Part shown: piece by piece, positions 13,761 through 26,239 of the stretch
Layout: each line of letters begins with the position of its first letter
How positions within the stretch are numbered: position 1 is the stretch's first letter
From: Octopus vulgaris
Lineage: Eukaryota
Reading direction: 5' to 3'
NCBI GenBank assembly: GCA_951406725.2
Contig: OX597814.1
Coordinates: 221,898,001 to 221,962,000 of the forward strand
Length of the DNA: 64,000 nt
Made by a program: the position numbers and the translations under genes
The notes under the pieces: model-generated
The model's input: only the letters and a program-made list of their open reading frames with translations
Databases searched by the model: none
Told to the model about the DNA's origin: nothing

Positions 13761-15016
13761 TGAGTTGAAAATACATACTATTAGAAGGGATGTGACTGGA
13801 AGACTTTCATGCTTATTTTACCAAAAGACATCACTGGCGTAAGTAAAATAGTTTCGCTGAAGGGAAAACTAAAAATTAAAGTAGATTTGCAAGCTCAGAA
13901 TGATAGGAATTTGCCAGTGTTCTAAGCAACTGACTAACATTTCTTCATATAAATCCTGTGATATTTTCTTCCGAAAATGAAATAAATCTTACTTGAAAGC
14001 CGTTTACTATGTTTCATTCATATTCAAGAAGTGAATAAAAACAGATTGTAGTATAATTCTTTCATTTCAATTCCGATTTTAATACGAATGGTTCATTATC
14101 TTTGTCAGAAGAAGCCGCTGGATGATTTCATATCATCCATTTCTTAATGAAGGACAATGTTATTAATTTAAACTCTGTCACACCAATAATTATCTTAATA
14201 TTAGAGACGGGTAATTAAATTATTATTCTGTCTGAACGTGATTTGTTCGCGGTGTTGCCATAAATCTGTGTTCATGAAAAATTATTCTGTTCAAAGTATT
14301 AGAGGCCAGAAATTGATTATTGGGGTCAGACAAATGATCCTCTTCATTCTCTGAACTATGTTTAAGAGATCAAGGGTTGTAATAGAGGCTAAACTAACTA
14401 TTTGTATCTCCTAAGGTATAATTACTCTATTCTAACAGAATCGTAATGACCAGGAAACGAATATTTCAAAATAAGAGCTTAGTATGGGGGGGAGATTATA
14501 TACCTTGTTAATCTATTTGCTGCGTCTTATTCAACGAATATCTGAACTCGCTCACTTCAACCGCGAATGAAATACACAAAGATCGACAAGATGATAAACT
14601 AACCAGAAATTAATGAAGCATTTGAAGATTTTCAAGGACTGTGATTAAATATTCGAGATATAGACAACCAGTTTCATATAAACACAGGACCATGTAGATG
14701 CAAACGGACACACGGACATACATGCTCGTGCAAGCGCATATATAAACTACACAGGCACATACATTAAATATACAAGGGTATATACATATATGTATATGCA
14801 TATATGTATATAAATACATACATATATATACACATATTTAGATATATATATGCACACACACACGCACACACACAAACACACATATATATACATATGTATG
14901 TATGCATGCATGCATGTATGTATGTATGTATGTATATATGTATGTATGCATGTATGTATGTATGTATGCATGTATGTATGTGTGTGCGTATATACATGCA
15001 TATATATATACATAAC

Positions 15017-15406
15017 TTTTGTCTTTCACTTGTTTCAGTCATTGCACTGCGGTCGGGTTAGGACTCCAACTCGAAGGGGTTTACTCGAAGAAATTGACTC
15101 GTGTACTTTAATTTTTAAACATGGTACTCATTATATCAGTTCTTATGTCAAACGTCTAAGTTATGGGTATGTAAACAAACTACGATTGTAAAGCAGTTGT
15201 AGGTGCACCTGGAAACACAAATATATAGATATATACATTTATAGAAGACATGCTTCTTTCAGTTTCCCTGTCTATCAAATCAACTCTCAAGGCTTTAGTC
15301 AGTCCAGGGTTATAGCAGCAGATTCTTGCCGAAGGTGCCACGCAGTGATACTACGCCCGGAAACATGGGGTTGGGAAGCAAACCTCATATCATAGGGCCA
15401 TACCTA
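15017..15406 (-). mobile_element. SINE family A, diverged copy
   Basis: Reverse complement matches the 61263-61662 copy (GCGTGGCACCTT ... AACTGAAAGAAGC ... ATGACTGAAACAAG). Confidence 0.8.
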
Positions 15407-15442
15407 CATCTATATATGTATGTATGTATACATATGTATGTG

Positions 15443-15492
<50 letters not shown>

Positions 15493-15604
15493 AATGTATG
15501 TGTGTACATACACACACACTCACAAATATTTACTTTTTGAGATATATAGATAGACGGATAGACATGATAGACATGTATGTATATATATATATATATATAT
15601 ATAT

Positions 15605-15877
15605 GGGCTGCGTGTTGTGTTCTTGAGCAAAGCACTTTATTTCACGTTGCTCCAGTTCACTCAGCTGTAGAAATGAGTTGCGACGTCACAGGTGCCAAGC
15701 TGTATCGACCTTTGTCTTTCCCTTGGATAACACTGGTGGCGTGGAGAGGGGAGGCTGGTATGCATGGGCGACTGCTGGTCTTCCATAAACAACCTTGCCC
15801 GGACTTGTGTCTAGGAGGGTAACTTTCTAGGTGCAATCCCATGGTCATTCATGACCGAAGGGGGCCTTTACCCCTTT
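15605..15877 (+). mobile_element. SINE family D, 5'-truncated
   Basis: GTGTTCTTGAGCAAAGCACTTTATTTCACGTTGCTCCAG core-like domain and CCTTTA tail; flanked by (TA)n. Confidence 0.65.
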
Positions 15878-16126
15878 ATATATATATATACATATGATTA
15901 CTAAATGAATATGTATTTGAAAATATTTATATAGATATTATCTTTTAATTATCATCATTAGTAATATTGTCAGTGATTGGTGTTTACTTTAGATAAATTT
16001 TCGACACTGGTTTTCATAGCAATGTTGGCATCGCGTGTGCCCAATTATAATTATATACATACGTAATACATACATATATGTATATATGTATATATATATA
16101 TATATGTTGTATGTAGATATATATAT

Positions 16127-16853
16127 AAACTTAGATAAACTTAGATATGTTTCGACCAATAATTGGTCCAGGCCATGTCTAACTTAATAGCACCACCTGA
16201 TAGGATTATTTGAATCCTGTTTAAGTCAAGTTTTGTTTATGGTCCATTCAAGTAGTGAGTTTTTGTTGGGTGAGTTGTATCCAATTATGGGTGGCTTATC
16301 TGGTATTCCTTGAAGGAATCTATCCAGACTCCGTTTAAAGTTGATGGGATCCTGTTCCTCTTTGATCTCTTTCGGGACAATGTTAAATAGGGCAGTGCCT
16401 GTTGAGGAAAAGAAATTATGTTGTAGTGTACATGTATGCTGTGATCTTGAATTGGGCAGGGGACGTATGGCCCGTGGTCCCAGTCTTGGATGAACCTTGA
16501 AGCTGTAGAACGTTTCCGCGGATTCCAACATTTGCCAATTTGGTGAGTAGGATATTATGGTCTACCCTGTCGAACGCTTTACTGAAGTCAAGATATATGA
16601 CATCAGAGTTCGAACCTGTTCACAGGACTTTGAGTACATCTTCAATGTGGTGTAAGAGCTGTGTTAGACAGTCCCTGACACAGCGAAAGCCATGCTGATT
16701 TGCATTTAGGAGTTTATGGGTCTCCAGGAAGTCAGCTATCCTTGATCTTAACACTCTTTCAAACACTTTGATGATGTGGGAGGTGAGTGAGATTGGGCGA
16801 TAGTTGAGTGCGAGGGATCTGTTTCCCTGTTTGAAAACCGGGATGACTGACTG

Positions 16854-16858
<5 letters not shown>
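16127..16858 (-). mobile_element. CR1/L2-group LINE fragment (RT N-terminal part joined to 3' end by an internal deletion)
   Basis: VIPVFKQG..NYRPISLTS..NQHGFR..YLDFSKAFDRVDH, then the C-terminal FKRSLDRFLQGIPDKP; 3' UTR ends in the tandem ATCTAAGTTT x2. Confidence 0.9.
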
Positions 16859-16938
<80 letters not shown>

Positions 16939-17229
16939 GGATAGATGTACATATATGTGTGTTTGAGTATACATATATAGGAACTTATATGAGGGTGCGT
17001 AAGTCTATGTGTGTTTCTGAATGTCTCACTGGAAATGAAATATTGAGTGAGAAGTTAGTTTCGCACTACAAACTTTACAACGCAAACTTTAACTTGTTGT
17101 TCTCTTTAATATGTTATTCCTTTATTACATTCCCTTTTGTCGATTCCAGCCGCTCACGTATTTCCAGAATATAAAACAGTCAGACAACCTTAAATAATTC
17201 TCTACCCAGCACTGTACCCACACGTTATT

Positions 17230-17305
<76 letters not shown>

Positions 17306-17310
17306 GAAGG

Positions 17311-17361
17311 AGCTTCTACAGGACTAGAACTGTTTCATTCAAGAGAAATCTTCAGGAAGCT
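17311..17361 (-). ncRNA. Mirror copy of the 17358-17408 hammerhead
   Basis: Follows from the perfect palindrome. Confidence 0.8.
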
Positions 17362-17408
17362 TCCTGAAGATTTCTCTTGAATGAAACAGTTCTAGTCCTG
17401 TAGAAGCT
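17358..17408 (+). ncRNA. Type I hammerhead ribozyme motif
   Basis: AGCTTC-CTGAAGA-tTTC tctt GAAt-GAA-ACAG ttctagtc CTGT-A-GAAGCT; AATAAA just downstream. Confidence 0.85.
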
Positions 17409-17491
17409 CCTTCTATATAATAAATTAATTTTACTCTGCTATGTATTGAGTACCTTATTTACTGTGGTTAACCCCGAATCAACCCGGGACC

Positions 17492-17589
<98 letters not shown>

Positions 17590-18968
17590 GCGGCTGAAGC
17601 AGCATTAGTACCAAAGATAATCTTTATATGCAATTAACCTGGGATGTCTTGCTTACACCAAGTGCTTCTATGGGAAGTTCTCTTAAAGCTAATAATGCTG
17701 TATACAGTGTCCTAAGAATACATGCGATTAAGTTGGATTTATTTTTGGGCGCGCACTTGTGCATGTGAATGTCTCGAAGCCGATTCAGCTGACAATTTGA
17801 AGTCGCTGCGGACTTTTACCATGTAAAAATAAATCTAATACTGTTTTTTAATATGCTGGGTAATACTTAAGTGTATATATATTTATATACATTACATAAA
17901 TGCATACAAACTCTCACATACACATACACACACAGACGAGCACACATACACAACGAGCGCACACAGGCACTTACATACACACATGTTTGTATGTGTACAA
18001 AAGGAATGAAATTTTATTGTAGCCTTGAATTTTGTAATTGATAAGTTTTAACAAAAACCTTAAGCGATGTAGTTGAGAAGATAGGCAAAGTTTGTAAGGT
18101 GATGCCAATGAATAGAAAAACTCAGGAGACATTTTATAATTCGACACAGGTTGCTTAATGCTTTCCTAATATTTTGGGTAAGATTCCCCTTATCAAATAT
18201 TAGACAGAAAATGATCCAAAAGTTTGGAGACAAGTTTTATTGTGTAAACGCAATAACTTATTTTACTTATTGGTCGCTCCTTATACACTTTTCCAAATTT
18301 CTCACCTGCATACACACATGCACACACAAGCACATACACACACACACATATATGTGGGTGCTTATATGCATATATTTGCACGTAAGTAAATTAAGTAAGT
18401 TGGCAAGCTCTTACAAAATACGTGTAACTTATTAACATTAGAGTAAGATATCTTAAAAATTTTTCATAGTTCTAACAAGCCTCATTTACATCAGAATTGA
18501 TGTTAAGCTATTCTCCTTTAACCACATAACAACTTACGCATGAAACAATATTATATAGTTACATACGGAAGGAAGAAGGAAGGGTGTGAAACAAAATCAA
18601 AGAGATGTAGCCAGAAATAATAGAGTTAAAATAAAAATAACAGGAAATAGGGAAAAAAGTAAGTACAAAACGAAAAAAAAAGAACCGGTTAATGTGAATT
18701 CATGGAAATGTTCGCTTTAAGAGATTAATGAAACGAGACATTTAATTCGGATATTGTGGTATCTTTACCTTTAATTGACGGTACTCAACGTTGTTTAGCA
18801 CTTACATCTTTTGTTTTCTTTTTCCGCTTTCATTGAATGCTCTCTTTACTTGCCCCTTTACCTTTCCAGTATTATATCTATGTATGTCTGTATATGTATC
18901 CTTAGATCTTTCCATTTATCTATGTTTATCTATCTACACACATACACACGCTTGCATATATGTGTGTG

Positions 18969-19005
<37 letters not shown>

Positions 19006-19275
19006 AGAGAGAGAGAGAGAGAGAGGACACAGAGAGAGACAGAGAGGGAGAGAAAGAGAGAGAGAGAAAGAGAAGGAGAGAAATGTATGCACATATATCT
19101 GTGTGCCCATTGATATATACACTCATATATACAAAGATATCTCTTCACACATGTGTATGTATATGTGTATATATATATATACATATATATATACATACAT
19201 ATACACACACGCACTTATACACACACACGCACGCACACACACACAGACACACACACGCGCACACACACACACACG

Positions 19276-19325
<50 letters not shown>

Positions 19326-19631
19326 TATAATAGATTAAGATAGGAACAATCAGAAACATACATGTCTTGCACTTTATTGATAGACTCCTTCACTTCAAGA
19401 GCTGGGATACGAGCATAAATTCATATCGCAGGCAATTACACATTCGACTATCTTTCTCTAAGATTACATACATCATTAATACAGACACATGCTATAGTTA
19501 TAGATTCGCCCAATCACATTACAATTGTTTAATTCGTTTAGACAAATGCAATTATTTCAGTCTTAAATCTTTCCATTTTCATTTATCATCATCATCATTA
19601 TCAACAGTAGCAGCAGAATCTTCATTATTCT

Positions 19632-19935
19632 ACTCTTTAACTCTTTTACTTGCTTCAGTCATTTGACCGTGGCCATGCTGGAGCACCCCCTTTAGTCGAG
19701 AAAATCGACCCCAGGACTTATTCTTTGTAAGCCTAGTACTTCTATCGCTCTCTTATGCCGAACCGCTAAGTGACGGGGACGTAAACACACCAGCATCGGT
19801 TGTCAAGCGATGTTGGGGGACAAACACTGACACACAAATATATACACACATACATATACATATACATACATACATACAACGGGCTTCTTTCAGTTTCCGT
19901 CTACCAAATCCACTCATAAGACTTTGGTCGGCCCG
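19632..19935 (-). mobile_element. SINE family A, 3' two-thirds
   Basis: Matches the other family A copies, including the internal (TATG)n/(TG)n tract. Confidence 0.88.
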
Positions 19936-19959
19936 ACGAAGTAAACTTTGCCTTTCATT

Positions 19960-21520
19960 TGCATATGTGGATTGTTTCGTTTCGTTTGTATTATTCAATA
20001 GTTTCTTGCGTAAGATGTGGTTGTTCCTAAGAGGGTTAGTTATTGGATAAAGTGTAGTGTTGAGGGTCCAGGTATAAGTTCTACATTTTAGTTCATATGT
20101 TGCTTCTTTTTTGTGATATCCAGTGTTCTGTTTATAACTGGTATTGTTTCCATCTTCACACCCCACATTTTTAATACTTCAATTTCGAGGTCTTGGTACT
20201 TTGGCAATTTATCAACCTTTTGGACAATATTTTGATCAGAAGGGACTGCAATGTTTATTAATAAGCAGGTGTCTTTTTTTGCCATCCTTGATTATTATGT
20301 CTGGGCGATTAGCTATTATTTCTTTATCAGTTTGAACAGGCATATCCCAGATTATTATGGCCTGGTCGTTGTAATGTGCTTTGTTTGACATATGTTTATA
20401 CCATTTATTGTCAGTTTTTATGCTTTAGTGATGGCGTCTTTTCTAATAGATGTAACTATTTACATCTGAATATATATTTAGATTTGGCAAGGACTAGACA
20501 GCCAGAAAATATGTGGTCAACTGTTTCATTGTGCTGGTTGAACATTCTGCATTTGGTGTTAGGGCCTGTTTTCATTATTTTGCTTTTATAGTTGTTTGTA
20601 ATCAGGCATTGGTCTTGTGCAATGAGAATCAGTCCTTCTCTTTCAGATTTTAGTCCAGAGCTTTCGAATCATTGTTGGCTTTTACTTACGCTCACTTACT
20701 CTCTATCGAGTCTTGCAGAGTATCGGCCACGCAGTGAATTTTCTCTCCATTTCTTCTTTATTCATTTTCTTTTTGGTATTTCTGTTTTCATGCTGCTTTT
20801 TGTCGCTTTGACCATTTCTACTATGCTTTCATTTGTGATCAGTATATCATCGTAGTTTGTTTCTGTTATGTATTTTGTCGCCTCTCTGTGTAGAGACCAA
20901 AGTGTTTTCTCTTCTTGTGTTGCTTTTATTATACGTAATACTTTCCCACTTTTATTTCTAAGTACTTTTCTAGTCCAGTTGTTGTTATTTTATGGTAGTC
21001 CTCCGTCTCTGTCAGGAAACAGCCTCTTTCTGAGCGGGGGGTGGATATATTCTGTCTGCATTTGCTCTGGGATGGTGACATCTAGTTTTTCTATCTACGT
21101 TTCTTAATTAACCTTATTATCCTATTTTTAGCATTGGTTCAGAATATAATATTAGTCTAACTCTTCTGTAATACTATCTTCTAATTGTCGCATTCATTTT
21201 TGTGAATTGTATTTTAGCTGTTTCATCTATTCCTATATATTTGTATGGGCGATTGTAGTCTAATTCTCTGCTTCCCGCGTCTATATCAAATGCAGCGTTT
21301 TCAGTGCTGATTAACTTGCCTCTTCTCAGTGTCACTTCGGCACATTTGTCCAGTCTCTTGCTCATCCCGATGTCCTTGCAGAAACTATGGACAATTTATG
21401 AAGGTTTCTCTTTTCCGTGGTATTCTTAATGACATTTTAAAAATCATCTATTAACAGGAAAGGATTTATTTTTTGTACATAATATCTATAACCCACAGCG
21501 GTTTCATCTAAGAAGATGAG
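19960..21520 (-). mobile_element. Decayed R4/Dong-type (restriction-like endonuclease) non-LTR retrotransposon, 3' half
   Basis: RT end LDKCA..RRGK..YKYIG; decayed CCHC KCRMFNQHNETVDHIFSGC; RLE motif ANRPDIII..LLINIAVP..KYQDL. Confidence 0.85.
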
Positions 21521-21569
21521 TATTGAAGAATAAATGAATGTTTCGAAAAGATAGTAAATCTAACCTTTT

Positions 21570-22252
21570 TGTTGTTGTCGGGGAACGAAACCTATCCCCA
21601 TATAGGAGGAGAAATCAGACATTATCCGCACTTTTGCCATAACATATCTTTATTATTGTCACACTGCCTTCTGCGTTGGTGCTATTGTGATTACGTGCTC
21701 GGATTTTGGGCCTGATCGCGACAGTGTAAGCATGGCCGGTCCAATAGCTATGTGAACCAAAGAAGAACAAAGAAGAGTGATCTGATTTCTCTGGAAAAGG
21801 AGAGTAATATCAACAGTGCAAGATACTTTGCTGGACAACAAACTGAAACCAGCAATTCTCACCAAACACCGAAGCCTCTTGACGAAGAAAGTTTTGTTGT
21901 TGCATGATAATGCACGCCAACACACGGCCACCCAGACGGTTGAAAGCATTCACCAAATGGATTTTGAGGTGCTGAAATACACTGCCAACAGTCCAGATCT
22001 TACCCTTCCGACTATCATATATTTGAACAGGCTCAAAGATAGTTTACGAGGTCGTGAAGGAAGCAGTGTATAAATGGTTGCGCGACAAACCGAAATCCTT
22101 CTTCTTGGAGGGAATACAGCAAACTAGCGGACCGCTGGGCCATGTTCATCGGAAAGGAAGGAGGAAATATAGAAAAATGACGAACTCCTTTCTCCCCTGC
22201 AAAATACACTGAAAAAAACAAGAGTGCGTATAAAGTTTGACTCTTCTTCGTA
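21570..22252 (+). mobile_element. Internally deleted mariner fragment
   Basis: LLLHDNARQH and NSPDL motifs; ends ...TCTTCTTCGTA (TIR-like plus TA). Confidence 0.8.
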
Positions 22253-22312
22253 CATTTAACCACACTAAACTTCACCTTGTCGTCATATTGTATACATGTG
22301 TGCGTGTATGTG

Positions 22313-22399
<87 letters not shown>

Positions 22400-23299
22400 G
22401 TACGTAGATATTCATGCGTTTATACTTATATTTACACTCATGCACATATACATATTTTGTTTTGATATATTATAACCTTAATTGTATACAGACACCCTGC
22501 TTACAGGGCCACTAATACTAACATTAGTTAAACTAATTTGTATATATAAAACGTTCTAAGAAGTTATGATAAGCACATTACTGGTGCATTAGCATATAAG
22601 AAAGTGTTCGATTAAAAATGTATGAATATTTTTTTCAGTACATAGGTTCCTGAATTAAAAAAATCATATTAAAAAAGCAAACAAAAGATTTTGCACTCAA
22701 CATATTCGGTTTGCATTATCTGTTTTTAATCATAGAATATTTCATTTCCACATTATTTAAAGTTATTTTGGGCGTAGAACTTCTCAATATCACCAGGTGA
22801 TCAGATACTGAATGAATATAATTTAAAAGAAATTTTAAATCACATTCAGAGTACTAGTCGAAGGTATTTAGGCTTCTTGACGAGAGCATTTCTTCCATTG
22901 GTCAGCTGAGATTACGTAGTTGATTTTGCTATCATAGTGACATCAGTTCTTCTACTGAAAGTTACACGTACTACAACAGACAGCGTGTTGGCATCAACAT
23001 AGTTGGCATTCCGTAGGGCATGATATTTTAGCGACATCAGCTTTTTACTTTGGATGCTATGTGTAACTAGGCAGACGTTAGTTAGTCGTCACTCAGTTCG
23101 TTGGGGAATATTTCAGCGACAACAGTTATCACAAGAAGAGTTAAGCAAAAGACTTTACGTAACCAGCAATAGTGGATAAGATAAGGATAAAAACATCTGC
23201 AATTACGAACATTGGAGGAGCTGGAGCTTGTAATTCCCATATCTGCCTCTGTGAAAAACTGTAAATACATACCATTACTCTACCAAGCTGCAATCTCTA

Positions 23300-23930
23300 T
23301 CTATCAATGAGAAAATGGACCTAGTTTATTGTTGCCACCAAAGGTAAAACTCTAAACTCCTTCAAAGTAGGATCTTGACTTCAATGCCCTTGTAGCGCTC
23401 CAGCCACTTCGTGAATGCACCATGGAAGTCCTCAAAAGTGAAGATGGCCAAAACCCTTCATCTTCTCCTTCAGCTTTGGCTAACAGCTAAAAGTCACAGG
23501 GAGCAAGGTTTGGTTTATTGGGAGGGAGAGTGAGGGACAGTTTTGACGTTAGTCTCTGTCAAGTAGCTGGTTACCAGTAATAAGTTGGGGAGTTGTGCGT
23601 TGGCCTTGTGTAACCGATCGGCTCTTTTGTGATAAAATCTCGTCCTGAACTTACTAAAACCCCCGCAACGTACACTTTTTCGACGATCTGGCCAGGGAAA
23701 CCCAGCAGGTGTTAATGATGCCCTTGCAATGGAAAAAGGGGATCATCATGAATTTCCCGTAGGACTTGCTTTGCTTGGCCTCTTATGCAAGCAGAAAACA
23801 AAAGCTCGGCTCATACAAGTTAATCAATAAGCAATCTGGAGCATTTCATAAGTTCCTGTGTCATTTTTACCCAATTTAACACAAAACTTTATTGCTTAGT
23901 GAGATTCTGCATTGTCTTCAGGTGCCGACT
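23300..23930 (-). mobile_element. Decayed mariner fragment
   Basis: Minus-strand translation LVTSYLTETNVKTVPHSP ... LAPCDF (cf. LVTNYLTEMGIKTVPHPPYSPDLAPCDF). Confidence 0.7.
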
Positions 23931-24340
23931 ACATTCTTCAGACTAGTCATCAGTAATAAGCAGTGTTTAGAATAGTGTGTTCAAAGTAGTGGTATAGCCT
24001 GTTTCTTCAGTCTGGAATAACGAAATTTAGCAACTCAGATTATTAGATATACAGTAATGACATACTGAATCAGAGTAACCTAGGACTGCCTCTCTTAATA
24101 TAGTTTCAGAATATCTGGAAAGTGATACACACATATACACACAATATATGCACACGCACATGCGCATATATATATATATTTCCCTCACGGGCTACTTTTT
24201 ACTGGAAGGCGATACTTTGTATTGCATTACTGATATTTTGAAACTTCTTCACCGTTTCTCGTGCTGTTAGCGTTCCGCATTTCAGTCGAGTGTGATAGTA
24301 TTAATGTGGTAACATCGTAAATTTCGTCTTGGTATATGCT

Positions 24341-24410
24341 TGGCTGATGAAGGTAAAATAAAATATGGGTGAGAGACATATCTTGTAAAACCTGAAACCT
24401 GCAGGTCCCA
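24341..24410 (+). ncRNA. Minimal type I hammerhead ribozyme motif in a Penelope-like pLTR remnant (about 24180-24605)
   Basis: TGG-CTGATGA-AGGT...ACCT-GAA-ACC tgca GGT-C-CCA; stem III region is the palindrome ACCTGCAGGT; GUC triplet; module flanked by (TA)n. Confidence 0.85.
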
Positions 24411-24601
24411 CATTATCCTTTTCCGGGTGTTTCATCTTTCAGATGTTCTCCCTGGAGGTAAGACGTTTTTTTGCTCTAGTTTGTTGCACACACGCATTTT
24501 TGCTAATACATACGCGGTGAAGCTACACATTAGCGTCGTATTTTTACGTTCGCTATTTCCAGTAAATATCGGTACTTAGTTGTGCCATTTATTTACTAAT
24601 T

Positions 24602-24660
<59 letters not shown>

Positions 24661-24861
24661 AACGATGAATAGCCTTTGCGCAAACCACTGATTCGTTTTG
24701 TTCTCTTACTTTATTATCATCTTATAATCATCTCATAATAATGACCTTTATGACTCGTATTACTACCTCAGTCAATCTAAATGTTTATATTTGTCACTAC
24801 CTGTCATAAATAGCCTTTTTCTATTTGCAATATGCATTTTCATTGATTTTTCATATTTTAC

Positions 24862-24923
<62 letters not shown>

Positions 24924-24924
<1 letters not shown>

Positions 24925-25121
24925 AAATAAGAAAATAGAGCGGATACAAAATGACATACATCACCCGGTAGACAATTCCAGTGTGTTTATTTATTCCAAA
25001 GCATTAGAAGAAAATATACACTTGTAGTAAATATGTTTTCTTCTAATGCTTTCTAATAGACACACTGGAATTGTCTACCGAATGATGTATGTCGTTTTGT
25101 ATCTTTTCCATTTTCTTATTT
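24924..25121. repeat. Imperfect inverted repeat (about 95-bp arms) between (TA)n tracts
   Basis: CAAATAAGAAAAT...GGTAGACAATTCCAGTGTGT...AAAGCATTAGAAGAAAA vs TTTTCTTCTAATGCTTT...ACACACTGGAATTGTCTACC...ATTTTCTTATTTG. Confidence 0.9.
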
Positions 25122-25292
25122 GCCGTTTAAATTAAGAGTAAACCACTTTTTACCCCCGCCCTTATATGACACTCAATTGCGAGATTGCCACGCAATAACC
25201 AGCATTTGGGTATGAATAATTGGGTACACTACCAGCAGTATATTGGATAGGTACCATCCCTTGGTTGGTTTCCCAACTTCTATTTCTCACAG

Positions 25293-25360
<68 letters not shown>

Positions 25361-25579
25361 CAATATTAGGGTAGCAAAAAATTCAATAGAAATTATTTTG
25401 CCACCAGCGGTCTAGTGAGAAAGAGGAAATAGTCAGAGACTATTAATAAATTCAACAACAAATTGAGGAACGGCTATAATAGGCCGTTCGACCCACTAGA
25501 AATAGCAACCAGGGCTAACCGCAAATAGTAGTAATTCCGGAATCAGAGGAAAAATTAAAAAAACATTTACCCTGTTCTT

Positions 25580-25689
25580 CTTTAGACAATGCATTGTTTC
25601 AGCGTTTTTTAATGGTAAACCAGCCTGATTAAATTAAATTAAACTTAATCAAGTCAATCTTCCAAAGGCCAACGCGTTCATCAGTAAAG
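25580..25689 (-). ncRNA. Type I hammerhead ribozyme motif (inverted copy)
   Basis: Reverse complement of 25938-26047. Confidence 0.88.
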
Positions 25690-25937
25690 GAGCCAGAAGG
25701 GACAGAAATTACATGAGGCAGCTACTAGACCGCTGGTGGCAAAATAATTTCAATTGAATTTTTTGCTACCCTAATATTGATTAATTGATAATTTTCTGAT
25801 TAATTCCGAAATTGAATCGGCAGTTTATATTTGCTGCCGATAAGTTGGCGCGAGTACGACGATTTTGAAAATTTTAGGTCAGATATTACCGAGGCATGAG
25901 GGTAGCTGCCTCGTGTAATTTCTGTCCCTTCTGGCTC

Positions 25938-26047
25938 CTTTACTGATGAACGCGTTGGCCTTTGGAAGATTGACTTGATTAAGTTTAATTTAATTTAATC
26001 AGGCTGGTTTACCATTAAAAAACGCTGAAACAATGCATTGTCTAAAG
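25938..26047 (+). ncRNA. Type I hammerhead ribozyme motif with long stem II
   Basis: CTTTA-CTGATGA-AcGCGTT...AACGCT-GAA-ACAATGCATTGT-C-TAAAG; palindromic stem III, GUC triplet. Confidence 0.9.
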
Positions 26048-26171
26048 AAGAACAGGGTAAATGTTTTTTTAATTTTTCCTCTGATTCCGGAATTACTACT
26101 ATTTGCTGTTAGCCCTGGTTGCTATTTCTAGTGGGTCGAACGGCCTATTATAGCCGTTCCTCAATTTGTTG

Positions 26172-26239
<68 letters not shown>

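Larger units (their letters stand above)
17297..17422. repeat. Perfect 126-bp palindrome in (TA)n
   Basis: Arms are exact reverse complements about the centre AAG|CTT (17359/17360). Confidence 0.97.
25357..26173. mobile_element. Young non-coding Penelope-like module with interleaved double inversion A-B-A'-B'
   Basis: A 25357-25416 / A' 25724-25782; B 25454-25725 / B' 25902-26173 nearly identical; (TA)n on both flanks. Confidence 0.85.

Noticed and set aside
16140-16225. Ribozyme in the LINE 3' UTR (GACCA hairpin followed by GAAAC)
   Set aside because: No CUGANGA core or stem I; better explained as the ordinary 3' stem-loop of a CR1/L2-group LINE
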